Below the pieces are notes generated by a model that was not told the origin of the DNA, did not search any database, and worked only from the letters and a program-made list of their open reading frames with translations. The position numbers were made by a program, and so were the translations under genes. 8,655 nt of DNA, taken from assembly GCA_029856525.1 (NCBI GenBank), contig JAHQXC010000058.1:1-8655 (forward strand). The letters are read 5' to 3'. Origin of the DNA: Candidatus Odinarchaeia archaeon (GTDB lineage Archaea > Asgardarchaeota > Odinarchaeia > Odinarchaeales > Odinarchaeaceae). This document shows, piece by piece, positions 5,648 to 8,655 of the stretch (the stretch's first letter is position 1; each line of letters starts with the position of its first letter).

Positions 5648-6303
5648 GAAGAGTAAGAGTTAAGATCTGTGGAATAACACGAATAGAGGATTTGAAGGCA
5701 GCTTGCAGTTTGGGCACTGACGCGGTAGGTTTCATTGTAGATGCCCCCAAATCGCCTAGAAACTTATCTCTTGAAGCTGCTAAGAAACTTATAACTGCGG
5801 TGCCTATATTCGTTAAAACAGTACTTGTCACTGTTCTAAAGGATCCTGAAAGAATTGTAAGTCTTTATGAAAGTCTTAAACCTGATGTAATCCAAGTTCA
5901 CGGCGGGAATTTAGAGATGATTAGAATTTTAAAAAGAATTCTCCCTGAAGCCCGTTTAATTGGCACAGTGCCGATTAAATCCGAAGCTGAAATTCAAACT
6001 ATTGTGAAACTCACACAATTTTTCGATGCTATTCTTGTTGACTCTTATGTAGCTGATAAATTTGGGGGCACGGGGGTAACCCATGATTGGCGTATAACTG
6101 CGTGTATAAGAGATGCATTGTATCCTAAACCTTTAATACTTGCTGGTGGATTAAAACCAGAAAACGTTAAGGAAGCAATTAGAATAGTAAGGCCTTATGC
6201 TGTTGACGTCTCCTCGGGTGTGGAGGTGAAGCCGGGGTTGAAGGACCCGGAGAAGATTAAAACCTTCATAGAAGCTGTAAACTCCATTTCGATTCAGGAT
6301 TAA
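5644..6303 (+). CDS. trpF: Phosphoribosylanthranilate isomerase
   Basis: VKICGIT, DAVGFI, SPRNL, IQVHG, LVDS, GGTGVTHDW, LAGGLKPENV, AVDVSSGVE. ATGA overlap with trpC. Confidence 0.97.
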   Translation: MRRVRVKICGITRIEDLKAACSLGTDAVGFIVDAPKSPRNLSLEAAKKLITAVPIFVKTVLVTVLKDPERIVSLYESLKPDVIQVHGGNLEMIRILKRILPEARLIGTVPIKSEAEIQTIVKLTQFFDAILVDSYVADKFGGTGVTHDWRITACIRDALYPKPLILAGGLKPENVKEAIRIVRPYAVDVSSGVEVKPGLKDPEKIKTFIEAVNSISIQD

Positions 6304-6315
6304 GGAGGGCGATAA

Positions 6316-7485
6316 ATGAAGGGTAGGTTCGGGATATATGGTGGTCAATATGTGAGCGAGATCCTTATGCACGCCCTTATAGAGTTGGAAGAAGCTTTCG
6401 AGAAAATCTACCCGAGCCAAGAATTTCAGGGAGAATTTCAAGAGCTACTCAGAAATTATGCCGGTAGACCGACGCCCCTTTATTATGCTAGAAACTTCAG
6501 CACGCTTGTTGGCTTCAAAGTTTACCTTAAAAGAGAAGATATGGTTTGCGGAGGATCTCATAAACTTAACAATGCTCTTGGACAGGCTCTGTTAGCTAAA
6601 AAGATGGGGAAGAAACGGCTGATCACCGAAACCGCGGCTGGACAGCACGGGCTCGCCACGGTTATGGCAGGGAATATCTGCGAATTAAAAACAGAGATTT
6701 TCATGGGTGTAAAAGATATTCAGCGGCAAGCCGCTAACGTTAAAAAAATGAAACTTTTAGGCGCCAAGATAAAACCTGTAAAAATCGGCGCCGGAGTTCT
6801 AAAAGATGCGGTCTCCGAAACTTTAAGAGAGTGGGCGGCTTGTTCCAGAACAACCCACTATCTTATGGGTTCAACTGTTGGACCGCACCCGTTCCCCATT
6901 ATTGTGGCTACTTTTCAAGGTGTAATAGGGAGAGAAATTAGAGAGCAGATCTTAGAGAAAGAGGGGCGGCTTCCAGACGCCATAGTTGCCTGCGGGAGTG
7001 GAGGAAGTAATGCCCTAGGCGCTTTCAAAGCCTTTATCGAGGAAGAGAATGTTAGACTATATTTTGTTGAAGGTGGCGGGGAGAGTCTTGAATCAGAAAA
7101 CAGCGCAGCGGCTTTTCAGCTTGGAAGACCGGGAGTTCTCCACGGAAGCTTAATGCAAGTTATGCAGGATCCATACGGTCAAATAAAACCTTCGAAGACT
7201 AGAAGCGCAGGCTTAAACTATCCTGGAAGAGGGCCTGAAATCTCCTATTTATGCGAGATTGGAAGGATCAAAGCGTGTTATTCCTTTGATAATGAAGTCT
7301 TCGATGCGGTGAAGGTTATGGCTAGAACTGAGGGGCTTATTCCAGCTTTAGAAACAGCTCATGCTATAGCATATGTTCTTAATCACAGAGAGGAGTTCAG
7401 CCCTGGGGACATAGTTGTAATCAATTATTCTGGGAGGGGTGATAAAGATATGGAAACCATTCTGAGGTATTTTTATGAAGCTTGA
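6316..7485 (+). CDS. trpB: Tryptophan synthase beta chain, TrpB1-type, with divergent motifs
   Basis: GRPTPL, KRED...SHK (PLP Lys83), ETAAGQHG (Glu105), GPHPFP, GGSNA, SAGLNYPG, EGLIPALE, SGRGDKD. SD GGAGG at 6304-6308. The 389-aa length and motifs fit TrpB1 rather than the longer TrpB2. Confidence 0.96.
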   Translation: MKGRFGIYGGQYVSEILMHALIELEEAFEKIYPSQEFQGEFQELLRNYAGRPTPLYYARNFSTLVGFKVYLKREDMVCGGSHKLNNALGQALLAKKMGKKRLITETAAGQHGLATVMAGNICELKTEIFMGVKDIQRQAANVKKMKLLGAKIKPVKIGAGVLKDAVSETLREWAACSRTTHYLMGSTVGPHPFPIIVATFQGVIGREIREQILEKEGRLPDAIVACGSGGSNALGAFKAFIEEENVRLYFVEGGGESLESENSAAAFQLGRPGVLHGSLMQVMQDPYGQIKPSKTRSAGLNYPGRGPEISYLCEIGRIKACYSFDNEVFDAVKVMARTEGLIPALETAHAIAYVLNHREEFSPGDIVVINYSGRGDKDMETILRYFYEA

Positions 7486-8308
7486 AGAATTATTCAACGC
7501 AGTTAGGGCGCGCGGAGAAGGCGCACACATGGCTCATGTCTATTACGGAGATCCATGCGAAGATTTCTCTATAAAACTTATAGAAACTCTAGCCGAAAAC
7601 GGCGCAGACATCATAGAATTTGGCATTCCCTTTTCAGATCCCATAGCAGACGGTGCAATCTTTCAAGCAGCATGTGAAAGAGCTTTAAAAGCCGGCGTAA
7701 CACCAGCTAAATGCATAGAAGGGATAAAAAAGCTAAGAGATAGAGGGTTAAAAACACCAGTAATCCTAACTACGTACTTTAACATTGTATACAATATGGG
7801 TCTCGTGAATTTTCTAAATAAAGCCAAAGATGCTGGTGTTCAAGGCGTTTTAATCCCAGATCTTCCAATCGAAGAGGCGCAGCCTCTACTGGAGCTCACT
7901 CGGAAACTAGGCTTACATCTAATACTTCAGGTGGCGCCTACAACCTCTAGGGAAAGGCTCAGCCGAATCCTGGCAGAGGCTTCAGGCTTCATATATCTTA
8001 TAGGTCTAGAGGGTGTAACTGGTTCCAAGTTTAGAAGTAAAAAGACTACGGCCACTCTCATAGAGAAGGTTAAAGCGGAAACAAATATACCAGTAATGGT
8101 TGGCTTCGGAATATCCAAGCGGGAGCATGCTGAAACCCTAATAGCGGCGGGTGCGGATGGAGTAGTTGTAGGAAGCGCATACGCTCGAATATATGCGGTG
8201 AATATCACAAACCCCTTCGAAAGATTATCTGAAATAGCTAGGCTAGCCAGAGAGATAAAACTCGGCTGTATTAGAGGACAGAAAATAAAATTGAATGTTA
8301 GCCTTTAA
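7475..8308 (+). CDS. trpA: Tryptophan synthase alpha chain
   Basis: GADIIEFGIPFSDPIADG (catalytic Glu48/Asp59), PDLP, APTT, GFIY, GVTG, VGFGIS, GADGVVVGSA. 11-nt overlap with trpB. Confidence 0.96.
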   Translation: MKLEELFNAVRARGEGAHMAHVYYGDPCEDFSIKLIETLAENGADIIEFGIPFSDPIADGAIFQAACERALKAGVTPAKCIEGIKKLRDRGLKTPVILTTYFNIVYNMGLVNFLNKAKDAGVQGVLIPDLPIEEAQPLLELTRKLGLHLILQVAPTTSRERLSRILAEASGFIYLIGLEGVTGSKFRSKKTTATLIEKVKAETNIPVMVGFGISKREHAETLIAAGADGVVVGSAYARIYAVNITNPFERLSEIARLAREIKLGCIRGQKIKLNVSL

Positions 8309-8406
8309 TTTCAGATATATAAGAAAGTCGGATTAGTTAGAAATCTATTCTACCGGATACCTGCAATCGGTGGAAGAGCGCGCCGCTAGGTTTTCTAGAA
8401 GACTGC

Positions 8407-8450
8407 TATTCTTCCTCCTTCGTATTTCACCGATTTTTTCTTCATTATTT
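8407..8450 (+). terminator. Possible archaeal pyrimidine/oligo-T terminator region of the trp operon
   Basis: Pyrimidine-rich tract TATTCTTCCTCCTTCGTATTTCACCGATTTTTTCTTC with a T6 run at 8434-8439, about 100-130 nt after the trpA stop. Confidence 0.35.
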
Positions 8451-8655
8451 ATAGTATAAAAAGCGCTCAGCTATTTTTTATGAAGAGAATGCTCTAAGAG
8501 TATTTTAAATCTAGTAATCTAGTTATAATTAGTTAACTGTTTATGAGGCTGGATCTAGAACGGTAATAGATTGGCGATATTTGAGATTAATTGATCTATG
8601 TTTACACCAGCCCAGTTTAAAATATTTATCACTAATATTATTAGCAGTGCTATCG

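Noticed and set aside
5622-8208. - strand ORFs 5622-5831, 6151-6441, 7348-7530 and 7927-8208
   Set aside because: Antisense shadows of trpC/F/B/A.
8354-8363. ACCGGATACC as an attR-like copy of the tRNA 3' end (ACCGGAGCACC)
   Set aside because: Only 6 contiguous identical bases and no integrase in the window; consistent with chance.
8510-8537. Short TAGT(T)A direct repeats
   Set aside because: Low-complexity AT-rich sequence with no constant repeat or spacer lengths; not CRISPR-like.

Overview
Archaeal chromosomal window: TATA/BRE promoters, ribosomal protein S17e, a Urm1/SAMP-type ubiquitin-like protein and BHB-type tRNA introns. A TACK lineage such as Bathyarchaeia is a guess. In order it holds: the 3' end of a C-terminally membrane-anchored protein, a Urm1-like gene (- strand), an ECF S-component-like membrane protein, rps17e, a tRNA-Glu(CTC) missing from the ORF track that carries two 19-nt introns (one splitting the anticodon), and a complete, tightly coupled trpE-G-D-C-F-B-A operon. 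The most interesting signals are around the operon start. The best Shine-Dalgarno site points to a 7-codon out-of-frame minigene (MGNYVWI) containing a Trp codon, rather than to trpE. TRP-box-like ATACA repeats flank the promoter, and a near-perfect complement of tRNA intron 1 lies upstream. TrpA and TrpB also carry several substitutions at normally conserved pocket and cofactor-loop positions. All regulatory interpretations are hypotheses.
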